64,000 bases of DNA from Octopus vulgaris (GCA_951406725.2 OX597834.1:11656001-11720000), one strand, 5' to 3'; positions 25,277 through 38,236 are shown, counted from the first letter of the stretch. Notes: generated by a model from the sequence alone, not told the origin. Numbers and translations: made by a program.

Positions 25277-25661
25277 TGGAGGCGCAATGGCCCAGTGGTT
25301 AGGGCAGCGGACTCGCGGTCATAGGATTGCGGTTTCGATTCCCAGACCGGGTGTTGTGAGTGTTTATTGAGCGAAAACACCTAAAAGTTCCACGAGGCTC
25401 CGGCAGGGGGAAGGGTTTGATCCCTGCTGTACTCTTTCACCACAACTTTCTCTCACTCTTACTTCCTGTTTCTGTTGTACCTGTATTTCAAGGGGCCGGC
25501 CTTGTCACTCTCTGTGTCACGCTGAATATCCCCGAGAACTACGTTAAGGGTACACGTGTCTGTGGAGTGCTCGGCCACTTACACGTTAATTTCACGAGCA
25601 GGCTGTTCCCTTGACTCGGATCAACTGGAACCCTCGTCGTCGTAACCGACGGAGTGCTTCC
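25277..25661 (+). mobile_element. SINE family D, full length, 12-bp TSD
   Basis: A box TGGCCCAGTGG, B box GTTTCGATTCC. TSD ATTTATTATCCG at 25265-25276 and 25662-25673. Confidence 0.95.
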
Positions 25662-25861
25662 ATTTATTATCCGGATAAGATGCAACTAATTTTAATGTTT
25701 CTTAAGACATACTTTTATGGTACCACTTTCAGCGCACCAAAACGAAAAAAATTGAAACCTTTGACCAATGAATATTACAGACTTACTTGTAATATATAGT
25801 TGCATTTCTCGTAATCCAGTAATATTGGTACTGTTTAACAAGGTCAACTCTGACCATACGA

Positions 25862-26270
25862 GGGATCTTTTCGGATTGAACGGCAGCTTTTAACATAATT
25901 TCTAAGTAACTAAAAAATTTTAAACTTCGTATACTGGGAGAATGTGTTTATAAAACATCTTTTTCTCTCGGCTTTATAGAGAAAATTCTATAGTTTGTAG
26001 ATATTTTTTCTTCAATTTGTGCAATTTCAACCAATCAGTGACGTATATTGAGGTAAATAAACATTCTGTGCCGTATGAATATGTCCTTCGTTTAAGAAAC
26101 AGATTGGGTTTATTTACATTTGTGAAGAAAAAAAAGATACCCTTCCCCACCCCTAACCATAACCCTAAAAGAGATTGAAATGCAATAGATCGATTCTAGG
26201 GTCATAATTATGGGTGACAATTTCATATGACACCGCTAGAAAAAACTGCCGTTCAAACCGAAACGATCCC
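25862..26270. mobile_element. 409-bp MITE with ~30-bp TIRs and 6-bp TSD, superfamily unassigned
   Basis: TIR GGGATC(T/G)TTTCGG(A/T)TTGAACGGCAG. TSD ATACGA at 25856-25861 and 26271-26276. Confidence 0.9.
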
Positions 26271-26877
26271 ATACGAGCATATGATCAAAAGTTTTCTGGC
26301 GATAATCGCCTCTGCGTTTCATTCAGAATTAATCTAAAATACGCGATAAAATTTATTTCCTTTTGAAACAGACGGAAACGTGTTGTTTATTGAGGTATAT
26401 TTGATATTTCTGGAATGTTCGGCAACCAAGTAGAAGATCACTAATTAGAATGGGTTCAGTTTATGTTTTCATATAGTATAGTATGATACTATGTGTCTGG
26501 GGTTAATGCTGAATACAATGTAACAACAACGATTTTATTGGCGTCTGAAAAAGTAAAAAAGACCTACCATGAAGTGAATATATTGCTTAACACACTTCAT
26601 ATTGTCTTCTATTAGCTGATTGTATGACGTGGAATATTTCTCTAGTTTAAGGAAATATCTGTTAACTAAATAATTATGTATAGTTATTATTTAATGAAGT
26701 AACCACTAAATAGGAATTCTAGGTATTCGATTGATGTGATGTAAAAAAGAAAAAAGTATTAAAACAACTGTGCTTCCGCCATTACTTTCTTCAAAGAATT
26801 CATACTATATTGCGTACGTTTGGAATTATTGACTGCTCCATACTGGATCGGAATTTATAATATAGATATCTGCAGAG

Positions 26878-26953
26878 ACATACATACATGTATATACATA
26901 CATACATGTATATACGTACACACATGTATATACATACATACATATATATATAC

Positions 26954-26986
<33 letters not shown>

Positions 26987-27035
26987 CATACATACATACA
27001 TATATACATACATACATACATACATATATATATAC

Positions 27036-27074
<39 letters not shown>

Positions 27075-27134
27075 CATATATATACATACATACATATATA
27101 TACATATATATATACATACATACATATACATACA

Positions 27135-27165
<31 letters not shown>

Positions 27166-27385
27166 GGAAACAGGTATATATATATACATATATATATATA
27201 CATACATATATATATATATATCCATACATATATATATATCCATACATATATACATACATACATATATACATACATACATATATATATATACATACACATA
27301 CATACACACATACATACATAGATACATACATACACATACATACAGATACATACACAGATACATACATACACACATACATACAAAC

Positions 27386-27418
<33 letters not shown>

Positions 27419-27525
27419 TGCATACATAGATACATACATACACAGATACATACACACACGCATACATACATACATATATATATATATTTATATATATACA
27501 CACACACACACATGCATACATGCAA
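26878..27525. repeat. Compound (TACA)n/(TA)n microsatellite
   Basis: Read directly. Confidence 0.97.
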
Positions 27526-28319
27526 AGAGAGAGACACAGACAGACAAACAAACCTGGACGGAGAATGTCAGGGAGAGCCGAAAGAGAGGAATTTTAAATT
27601 GGTTCGCAATAATATGTGAATTACATCACGGATAAACGACTGCCAAAATTGAACTCATTTTATAATTCAGACATTGTCAAAATACGTAAAGCAATTTCTT
27701 TCATCATATGACTGCGTAACCTGACCGGCATGAAGTTAACAATTTATTGTTGAAAAGATGCACAGAAAATGTCATTGCATATACCATTTTATCCTGCTTA
27801 AATTAAGACCAGACTAGAGTCGGAATAAATATATTCATTTGTACGATGAGAAAGTATTTCTCCGATACTAGAAACTTTTACAGAGTAACATTTAATGCTT
27901 CTTTGAAATTTAGTATCAAGTAGCAGAAAAGAAAAACCTCACTAGAATGCTTTTTATGTTTGTTCCAATAAATATATCTGACAATGCAATTCTTGAAACG
28001 CATGGAGATACACAATCTCGCATATATATAAACATGCTCGCATGAACACATATAATACAAAATAGTGGAAAATAAAAATCAATATATATACATATATATA
28101 CACACGTACGGATGCATTATTGCAAGCAGACATACAATTGACAAACACGCATAAAATGTGTATGTGAGCTTGTGAGATATGTATATCTGTGCGCAAATAC
28201 ATACGTTACTATATATTTACACACACACACACATACACTCACAAGAACACACGCACAAATACACACACAAACCAGCCGCCCACTTATGTACACACAATGC
28301 AAACATGCTTGCATATGTA

Positions 28320-28960
<641 letters not shown>

Positions 28961-29805
28961 GTATGTATGCATATTAGTACATGGCTAGATAGATATACAT
29001 TGGTGTGTGCGCGCGATTCTCTGAGCGCTTATATGTATGTACACATTTGCTGTTGCTCTATACTAGTCATCAGCCAAACACGGCATAACGTTATATATTT
29101 ATGATACATCAAGCTCATCGATGCAGTATTTGTGATATCAATTCGGTAGTAACATATTCAGTTGAGGCGATAAGACAGAAATCTCTTAAAACATTCAACG
29201 GATTCACCGTTAAGATTTGGTTGAAGCAACCATATTGCATATTATGTATATTAATGGTTAGTATGGATGCAACTGGAATCTCTCTACTGTATTATCTATC
29301 TGGAACATTCTCATGAGAATGTATTGTAGATAAAGCAAAATGTTTGGTGTGGAAAATTTATGGAACTAATGCCCAATGCGATGTAATAGTTTGTAGAAGG
29401 ATATATTTAGTGACACATCCGTATGTCTTCTAAAACACGCTCGTAAAATGTTGTTGCATGCTTAAAAATGTCCTGCACACATACACCACTATTTCTACAT
29501 ATTCATCATTTTTTTTTTAGTCTATTTTATTTTCATTGGTTTTAGTCATTGTATTTTGCCCATGCTGAGGCAACATATTGAATAAATTGTAGTCGATTCA
29601 GCACGTTGGTCTTGTTTCATTGTGAGGCATGTACATTTTAGATCTACGGTATTTTATAGATCAAAACGATAAGTTACTAATCAAAACGCTGGTTTTAATA
29701 CGCATATATAGATGCACAGAAATACATTCATAAACACATGTACATATCTTCTTACACTCTCTCTCTTTCTCTCTCTGCATATATATATATATATATGCAT
29801 ACATA

Positions 29806-30105
29806 GGAGCACTCCGTCGGTTGCGACGAGAGTCCCTGCTGATACGATCAACGGAACAGCTTGTTCGTGAAATTAAAGTGCAAGTAGCTGAGCACTCCAC
29901 AAACACGTGTATCCTTAATGTAGTTCTCGGGGAGATTCGGCGTGACACGGTGTGACAAAGCTGACCCTTTGAATCAAAGGTTCTACTAATATTTGCCAGC
30001 TGAGTAGACTGGAGCAACGTGAAATAAAGTGTCTTGCTCAAGGACACAACGCGCCGCCGAGAATTGAACTCACGACCTTACAACCACTAAGCCACGCGCC
30101 TTCAC
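29806..30105 (-). mobile_element. SINE with family C head/core and family D 3' half
   Basis: The 5' ~120 bp match the heads at 31051 and 36652; the 3' ~165 bp match 25490-25661. Confidence 0.85.
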
Positions 30106-31050
30106 AATATATATATATATATATATATATACATACACATACAAGTGCGATGTGTGTATGTGTATGTGTGTATGCGTGCGTGAGTGCGTACATGTGTTTG
30201 TGTGTCTGTTAGTGCATTTTCCTATTTGTGACTGATTATTACAAAGTTCCAGTGAACCACATATTTATACTCAAGTTGGTATCCAACTCTAGAGAAGGAG
30301 CTACATCTTACATCATGTGCTACGCATTGAATTGATACCAGAATTCCACGATAATGCAAAGAAGTAATTTTTAATCAAAACATAAATACAATTTAGCCAG
30401 AATTGCGAATGCTGGATTCAAATCCTGGTAGGTCTGACTTTCATTTTAACTTTTATGTGTGACATAAAAATATTCATTATTTACTACAGAGCGATCAACC
30501 TTAGAATAATAGATTGTCTTTATAATATTAGCTTTCGGAGACTTAGAAATGCATTACAATATCAGGCTTGGAATACATAGATAACTATTGGATAGAATTG
30601 TGATTTCCACAACGATAATTATAATGTTATTCATTCTTTCTTGGTGAACTGGCAGAAAATGTTAGCAAGTCATAAATGCTCAGTAATATTTTTGGCTCTT
30701 GGTGTTCTGAGTTCAAATCCTAGCGAGGTAAAATTCATTTTTCAGTTCCTAAACGGTCGAAAATATAAAGTGGCAGCAAATTATATATTTGAATTGTCTC
30801 TTCTGCTAAAAACTGAATTTGCACCAAAACTACAAGATAATAATTGGTACAGAAGAAGAACGGACGATGTTAGTAAAATTATTAAATTCAGTTCTGAGGA
30901 AATACTACGAAGCATGGTATCAATTTTTAACAGTTGAGCAACAGGACACGTTTATTTCGTACCAATGAAATACAGTTTGATTTTATAATCTATCTAGTAA
31001 CCATATGTACATTACTTTTGTTGTATTAATACATTGATATAAGTTAGATT

Positions 31051-31534
31051 TGTGGAGGCGCTTGGCTTAGTGGTTAGGGTGTCAGCATCATGATCGTAAG
31101 ATTTTGTTTTCGATTCCTGGACCGGGGGACGCGTTGTGTTCTTGAGCAAAATACTTCTTTTCACGTTGCTCCAGTCCATTCAGTTGGCAAAAGAGTAACG
31201 CTGCGATGGACTGGCGTCCCGTCCAGCTGGGAAACACATACTCCAAAGAAACCAGAAAACCGGGCCCATGAAACTGGCTAGGCTTTAAAAGGGCGCATGG
31301 CTTAGTGGTTAGGGTGGCAGCATCATGATCGTAAGATTATGGTTTCGATTCCTGGTTGTGTTTTTGAGCAAAACATTTCATATCAGGTTGCTCCAGTCCA
31401 CTCAGCTGGCAGATATTAGTAACGTTGCGATGGAATGGCGTCCCGTCCAGCTGTGGGGAACCCATACGCCATAGAAAACGGGAAACCGGGCCCATGAGCC
31501 GGGCTAGGCTTTAAAAGGGTGCATTTATTTTATT
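31051..31534 (+). mobile_element. SINE family C tandem dimer within one 13-bp TSD
   Basis: Two ~240-bp units overlap at GGCGCAT (31292-31298). TSD TATAAGTTAGATT at 31038-31050 and 31535-31547. Confidence 0.9.
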
Positions 31535-32297
31535 TATAAGTTAGATTATTCTTAAGCATTTCTATGCCTCCAAAGTTACCTTGCATAATATGTATCAATG
31601 ATAAATCAAATCAATTTACACATACTTGTTCTGGAAAACATAATGGAAATATATATATGTTTGAATGCACATTGTGGCCAATTATGAAACACGTCATTAG
31701 ATAATGCTGTTTTGCACGAATTACTTATTTCTAAAAGGAATCATGGTTGCAGCTTAAAGTCATATATAACCTTCCTTTATATGAAAGAAAGATTTGGAGT
31801 GAAACAACCAACAGAGGGGTACTAAAACAGCAGGAAAAACAACGAAGTAAATAATACAAAAATAAAAAATATATAACTCCACAAAAATAAACAAAAAACG
31901 GCAACAATAAAATATTAGCCATAATAACGGTACGGTGACTAATAAATCAATTTTAAAATAGACCAACGTTATCCACCGATGTGCTTATCAGAGAAATTAT
32001 AATTCTCAATGTATATGCGGTAAAAACTTTTTTGTCTTAAATAACCAGGTAGAGCATAAAATTATCAAATATAAAAATTACCAGTTCTCAGAAGACCATG
32101 ACAACGGAATCGGTGTCCATGATAAATAAAGCGAATCATTTCAGAAACTCATTCGTCTTACCGACCAACGATGTCATCTATATTCCAGCGGGGTGTTTTT
32201 CACTTATATCATCGGTTCGTAGAAACTTTCTGCCGAGACATTTTCAGTAACAAACGTCATTCCGAGTCTGAGTGCATACGAATGTGTTAAAATAATT

Positions 32298-32710
32298 ACT
32301 CTTTTACTTGTTTCAGTCATTTGACTGCGGCCATGCTGGAGCACGGCCTTTAGTCGAGCAAATCGAGCGCGGGACTTATTCTTTTTTTGTAAGCCCAGTA
32401 CTTATTCTATCGGTCCTTTTTGCCGAAGCGCTAAGTAACGGAGACGTAAACACACCAGCATCGGTTGTCAAGCAATGCTAGGGGGACAAACACAGACACA
32501 CAAACACATGCACACACACACACATACATATATATATACATATATACGACACGCTTCTTTCAGTTTCCGTCTGCCAAATCCACTCACAAGGCATTGGTCG
32601 ACCCGGGGCTATAGCAGAAGACACTTGCCCAAGATGCCACGCAGTGGGACTGAACCCGGAACCATGTGGTTGGTTAGCAAGCTACTTACCACACAGCCAC
32701 TCCTGCGCCT
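32298..32710 (-). mobile_element. SINE family B, full length
   Basis: Reverse-complement homology to 24211-24628. Confidence 0.92.
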
Positions 32711-32769
32711 AATTCTGCACATCTATATTTTAATCGACTCGGATTCGTGCGATTGTAGCTAATAGACAT

Positions 32770-33035
32770 CATGGCTTAGTGGCTGCACTCGCGATTGCGA
32801 GATCGAGGGTTCGATTCCCACACTGAGCGTCTCGTTGTTTTCTTGTGCATAGTACTTCATTTCACGTTGCTCTACGATCATTTGCTCATCTGACATGTGG
32901 CACACGGTGCACCTGTACAGGTAATGTCGATCTGATGGAGGTAGTGATCTTATGTGTACACAAATATTCGATTACTATAAACAACAGATCATCTGTGTGG
33001 TTGTTCGGTAAGAAATTGCCGAACCGCATATCGTC
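32770..33035 (+). mobile_element. SINE with family C-type head and a different tail
   Basis: ATGGCTTAGTGG..GGTTCGATTCC..TTTCACGTTGCTC followed by a tail not seen elsewhere in the window. Confidence 0.7.
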
Positions 33036-33039
33036 TAAC

Positions 33040-33091
<52 letters not shown>

Positions 33092-33097
33092 CATACA

Positions 33098-33285
33098 CAC
33101 AGTCCACTCCTCTCTGGATCGTGCCTTTCTCATCCACGTGATCCCAATCGTCCTGAAATCGTAACTCCACCGTCGTGGAAGCTTTCCGAGTGGTCGTTTC
33201 CGCTCTGGCGATCCAGAGAGGAGTGCACAGTGTGCTGTGAACAGCGGTGTCAAATGGACACCCGACGGACTGGTCGGTCAAGGTG

Positions 33286-33286
<1 letters not shown>
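33098..33286 (-). mobile_element. RTE-clade LINE, extreme 3' fragment in (TA)n
   Basis: PERKRPLGKLPRRWSYDFRTIGITWMRKARSREEW resembles the RTE C-terminal KRP.GRP..RW...W...A..R..W motif. Confidence 0.75.
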
Positions 33287-33336
<50 letters not shown>

Positions 33337-33338
<2 letters not shown>

Positions 33339-33491
33339 GGAGTAAATACATAAATGTGAAACAAGGTGGAAAAAAGAGTACTCAAATACCAGGAGTAGAG
33401 TAATATGCTTTATTTAAAAGCAGCAGAATATTCAGCAAAATCTGTTACTCTGCGTTTCACGTTCCCGTTCGTCGGACAGTTTTTGCTAGAA

Positions 33492-33492
<1 letters not shown>
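33337..33492 (-). mobile_element. PLE pLTR-like 3' end: hammerhead, AATAAA, T-rich end into (TA)n
   Basis: Hammerhead at 33434-33487 with AATAAA about 20 nt downstream, flanked by microsatellites. Confidence 0.7.
33434..33487 (-). ncRNA. Type-I hammerhead ribozyme motif, U4C core
   Basis: agcaaaaactgt-CCGACGA-acg-GGAA-cgt-GAAA-c-gcaga-g-TA-acagattttgct: stem I of 11 pairs plus one A:A mismatch, 3-bp stem II with GNRA loop, short stem III, GUA cleavage triplet. Confidence 0.8.
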
Positions 33493-33536
<44 letters not shown>

Positions 33537-35149
33537 AATAGATAGATTACTTGATTGATAGGTAGATAGAAAGATAGATAAATAGATAGTTAGGTGTGTG
33601 GATGTGTGAGTGTACACGCATGTGTGTTTGGTTCGTCTTGTTCAGATATTTTCGGCTGCTATGAACATATTGACCGGGGAAATATATCATCAATCCATTG
33701 GAATATATCAAACAAAATGGAATTGAGAATTATATTTTTAAAAGAAAAATATTATTTTGAAATTTTGCTATTAATTATATTTGTTTTGATTGAATTCATT
33801 TCATATCATATTGCCTGACCTATAAAGATAATTAAATTCAGTTTTCAATTATATTCCTACAATTCTTAAATCATGTTTTGATGTTTGTTTCCATTGAATT
33901 TACACGTTCTAGAAAATCGTTAGAATGATAATATAAATTATTAATAACATTTTGTTCAAAATAAAATTTATTAACATTATTTCTGACTTGTTATTGGGAA
34001 GAGTCATCAGCAGGATGGTTATATTGTATGACTTCCAAATATAATTACAACGCCATTGTTTAATATGAAATTAAAACAAAAATACTAAATAACTTCTGAA
34101 AATGAATTACAATTAATTTCGTTTGGAAGTTATTTCCATGAAATATGGAAAAAATGCATCATTTTGCGTCATGGTTACCAAAACCGATGATGTACATATT
34201 TTTAATATGTTAGTTAATAAGAATGTAATTCAATATATTTAAGCGTGAAGATACCATGTTGAACTGACACACGCGTCAAATAATATTACTAAATAAGAAA
34301 ACCATCATTATCATCATTGTGGTCGTCGTCAACATTTTCAGCATTATTATGTAACATCTTATGATTATTTTTGAATTCCGTGTGGCGAAGATGCGTTTGT
34401 TCTCGTTTTGATATGGACCTGCCTTTTCGGTATTTAGACATTAAAATGTTTTGGTGTTTTGAGAAAAAAAAAGAACTTTAATTATCTAAGGACGGTCTGC
34501 CGTGGTACTTGTGGTTGTGTGAAAAAGATTCATTTTTACAAATTTTGTTCTATTTGATCACTAATGTTTACGGTGATTCATTTGAAAAGGTCTGGCGGAT
34601 ACGCACACCGTACGAAGTAAAATATTTAAACAGTATAAAAGAAAAAGAATGATAGTACAAAGACAATTTGCACATCAGAATATAGAAAATGATGAAAACA
34701 ATGACCCTGTCAATTAACGATGTATAGATGACAAACACATTTCGAACAGTCTAACTAATAATTTTGAAGATAACAATAGCATCATACAATACTCGCAGAG
34801 TATAACATATATGTTAGATCGGTCATGTAGAAGTTGTATTAAAACTAATCATGTCCGTATCGTGCGCAGAAATATTTTTGAGTTTTAACAGATTTCCCAG
34901 AATAATAAAATATATAATAAAAAAAAAAACGTTATATTATTGTATGTAAGTTTTGAGAATGCTATGCCGTAGGATTTTACTTATGACGCTAAGGAAAATA
35001 TGTTAGTGGTATCGAATTTTCGTAAACTTCGCTGTTATAGGAAATGCAACATAACATTTCAAGGGAAAATATGATCATCAGAATACGACAAATGTTATGA
35101 TACCGCTGCCTACATTTTGAAAAGCAAACATTCAGCTAAAAAGCAAACT

Positions 35150-35536
35150 GACGTGACTCTGTGGCAAGTAGCTTGCTTAAGAACTACATGGTTCTTGGTT
35201 TAATCCCACTGCGTAGCACCTTGGGCATGTGTCTTCTACTATAGCCTCGGACCAACCAAAGCTTTGTGAGTAGATTTGGTAGACGGAAACTGAAAGAAGC
35301 CCGTCGTATATATATATGTGTGTGTATATATTATGTATGTGTATGTATACGTTTGTGTGTTTTTGTTTGTCTCCCCAACATCGCTTGACAACCGATGCTG
35401 GTGTGTTTACATAACCGTAACTTAGCGGTTCGGCAAAAGAGACCGATAGAATAAGTACTAGGCTTACAGAGAATAAGTCCTCGACTAAAGGCGGTGCTCC
35501 AGCATGACCACAGTCAAATGACTGAAACAAGTAAAA
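35150..35536 (+). mobile_element. SINE family B
   Basis: Homology to 24211-24628. Confidence 0.9.
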
Positions 35537-35693
35537 GCTTATATACAAACATACACTTCGATTGTATTTCAGTATACTTGGAAAGAATAAAATGGTGGCA
35601 GTACCTGATGATTGAAACGATGTTGACCACATACTCGTACTCACATTTGTATTCCAGAATGTGAACCACCTAATCAATGACGTTTAATATAGA

Positions 35694-36063
35694 CTAGCAG
35701 TATCACCCGGCGTTGCTCGGGTTTGTAAGGGAAATAACTATAAAGCATTTTTAGAGAGTTATAGCCAAAAATGAGCCAAAAAATGGGAAAAAACGGTAAA
35801 TTTTTTTGAGTTAAAAAGGTCGAGTTGCGTCACCTAGACAGTCTGTGGTTTGTGTTTCTGATTCTCGACCCCATGTCGAATTTATCGATTTTTTTTCAGA
35901 ACTGGGGGAACTTTTCAAAATTTTTGCTGCGTTAGTTTTGAATTATGACATTGGGCTATGTGTGTGTCAAGTTTCATCAGAATCGGTTGAAAGCCGTGGT
36001 CAGGGTGAGGGTACAACCTGACAGACACACAGAGAGACAAACTGCCGTTTATATAGAGAGAGA
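35694..36063 (-). mobile_element. Non-autonomous Helitron, type 2
   Basis: Minus strand A|TC...CTAG|T with hairpin CCCGAGCAACGCCGGG. Closely similar to 40338-40707. Confidence 0.9.
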
Positions 36064-36321
36064 TTTAGAAGGTTGTCAAAATGGATTTTCTCTGCCCAGC
36101 GCTCATAATAATTGGAAATGTACTTATATGAGTTCTGTGAATTAGGGTGCGTGAGTTTAATGGTACAGAGAATAATTGCTTGCTACAAAATATGGCTTTG
36201 CTAATATTATTCCGGGGCTTTGTCCCTGAAGAACTCGAAATATTAGGAAACATGGGTAGAAGAGAAATCAATAGAGACAAGGAAAAAGAATAGTAAATCA
36301 CTGCTTCCGGTGACATTGTGA

Positions 36322-36652
36322 TCCCCTTCGGTCAGACACTGACCATGGGTTTGCACCTAGAGAGTTACCCTCTGAGGCACAAGTCTGGGCAAGGTGGTTT
36401 TATGGAAGACCAGCAGTCGCCCATGCATACCGGCCTCCCCTCTCCACGTCACCGATGAATGACAACCAAGGCAAAGGCAAGGGCCGATACAGCTTGGCAC
36501 CTGTGACGTCGCAACTCATTTCTACAGCGAACTGGTGTAACGTGAAATAAAGTGTCTTGCTCAAGAACACAACACGCAGCCCGGTCCGGGATTCGAGCTC
36601 ACAACCTCACGATCGTAAGCTCGATGCTCTAACCACTGAGCCACGCGCCTTC
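36322..36652 (-). mobile_element. SINE with family C head and a third tail type
   Basis: Head GAAGGCGCGTGGCTCAGTGG..GCTCGAATCC..CTTGAGCAAGACACTTTATTTCACG; tail shared with 7295-7389. Confidence 0.88.
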
Positions 36653-36856
36653 CGGTGAAATATGATTCTAATTTCCGGAAATGTTAGAGAGTGTCATCTG
36701 TTGCCCAATAAAAGAAAAAATTAAACTAGGTATTATGTCCCTTGACCGCGGCAAATAGCAGCACAACTCCGGCGCCGTTCGATGAGGGAAATATAGTACT
36801 TGCTACGGAATACTTTCTAATTTTTATGCGAAATGGGGAAATACAATTATATATAT

Positions 36857-37278
36857 GGTACTACTAGCGAACAGTGGTCCCGGTGCGCGCACTCGCGCAT
36901 CTGCGCTAGCTAGTCGTAAGTAGTCGATCCTACAACGACTTTTTAACCCTAACCTTAGTTTGTTTATAAAAATAACTTATTTACTTAGTTTTAAAAAATC
37001 ATTTACTTTGCGTTATATTTACTTTGTTCGAAAAATATTTAATTTGTGTAAAAAAATTATATACATTGGTTTAAAAAATTATTTATTTACTTCGTTTAAA
37101 AAATTATTTACTTCACGTTTTATTTACTTTGTTCGAAAAATATTATTTAATTTTCTTTGATATGTATTCAGCATTGAGATATAAACATACGCGCAAGCGG
37201 TTGTAGGATCGACTACTTACGACTAGCTAGCGCGGATGTGCGAGTGCGCGCACCGGACCACCGTTCGCTAGTAGTACG
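36857..37278. mobile_element. MITE / fold-back element with ~78-bp GC-rich TIRs in (TA)n
   Basis: 36857-36936 is an imperfect reverse complement of 37201-37278. The AT-rich interior has repeated TTATTTACTT motifs. Confidence 0.88.
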
Positions 37279-37825
37279 TATATATATATATATATATAAG
37301 CGGGAAGTCAACAATGAAGACAAACACCGTCTGCAGAGACGATTCAGTGTTGATTATTGATAATGATGAAAGAAGGAGAATAATTAAGATTCACCGTCAT
37401 TCATAGATGTAACCGAGAGTTTGAAAATACTCCCCGCTCCATTTGTAGTGCCACTGATATACCGGTGATAAAAAATAAACGACAGGTAGGGATTGAATAC
37501 AGGAGATATGCAAGGATATCTTGTTAGAAACAGTCCCAAAATATTTGGAGTTACTGAATAACTGTTAACCTAAAAACGGTTGTTGTACCTACCTCAACAA
37601 AAGGATCTACGAGACAGCAATAAGTGCAGTGGATTAAAGCCGTGGATGTGAGAAAACATATCCTTAACTAAGCAGTACTTTCTTCCCCTTCTGTGGGAGA
37701 AAACCGGAAATTTTACACGCCATAGAATTACCGTATATCATTCACTGTAATTCACACGTATCATAGATTTTTAGAATTTATTCTGTGTAAACTTCTACGT
37801 TTCACAAACTTTAAGTTATTTTAGT

Positions 37826-38051
37826 CTTTTAGTTGTTTCCGTTATTTGACTGCGGCCATGCTGAAGCACCGCTTTTAGTCGAGCAAATCGACGCCAGGAC
37901 TTATTCTTTGTAAACCTAGTACTTATTCTATCGGTCTCTTTTGCCGAACCGCTAGGTTACGGGTACGTAAACACACTAGCATCGGTTATCAAGGGATGTT
38001 GGGGGGGGGGGGGGACACAGAGACACAAACATATACACACACATATATATC

Positions 38052-38082
<31 letters not shown>

Positions 38083-38236
38083 GACGGACTTCTTTCAGCT
38101 TCCGTCTATCAAATCCACTCAAGTCTTTGGTCGGCTCGAGGCTATAGTAGAAGACACTTCCCCAAGGTGCCACGCAGTGGGACCGAACCCGGAACCATGT
38201 GGTTGGTAAAGCAAGCTACTCACCACACAGCCACTT
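37826..38236 (-). mobile_element. SINE family B, full length
   Basis: Homology to other B copies. Confidence 0.9.

Noticed and set aside
25277-25352. tRNA-like sequence with A and B boxes, also at other SINE heads
   Set aside because: No proper acceptor stem; it continues into a SINE body bounded by TSDs, so it is not a tRNA gene.
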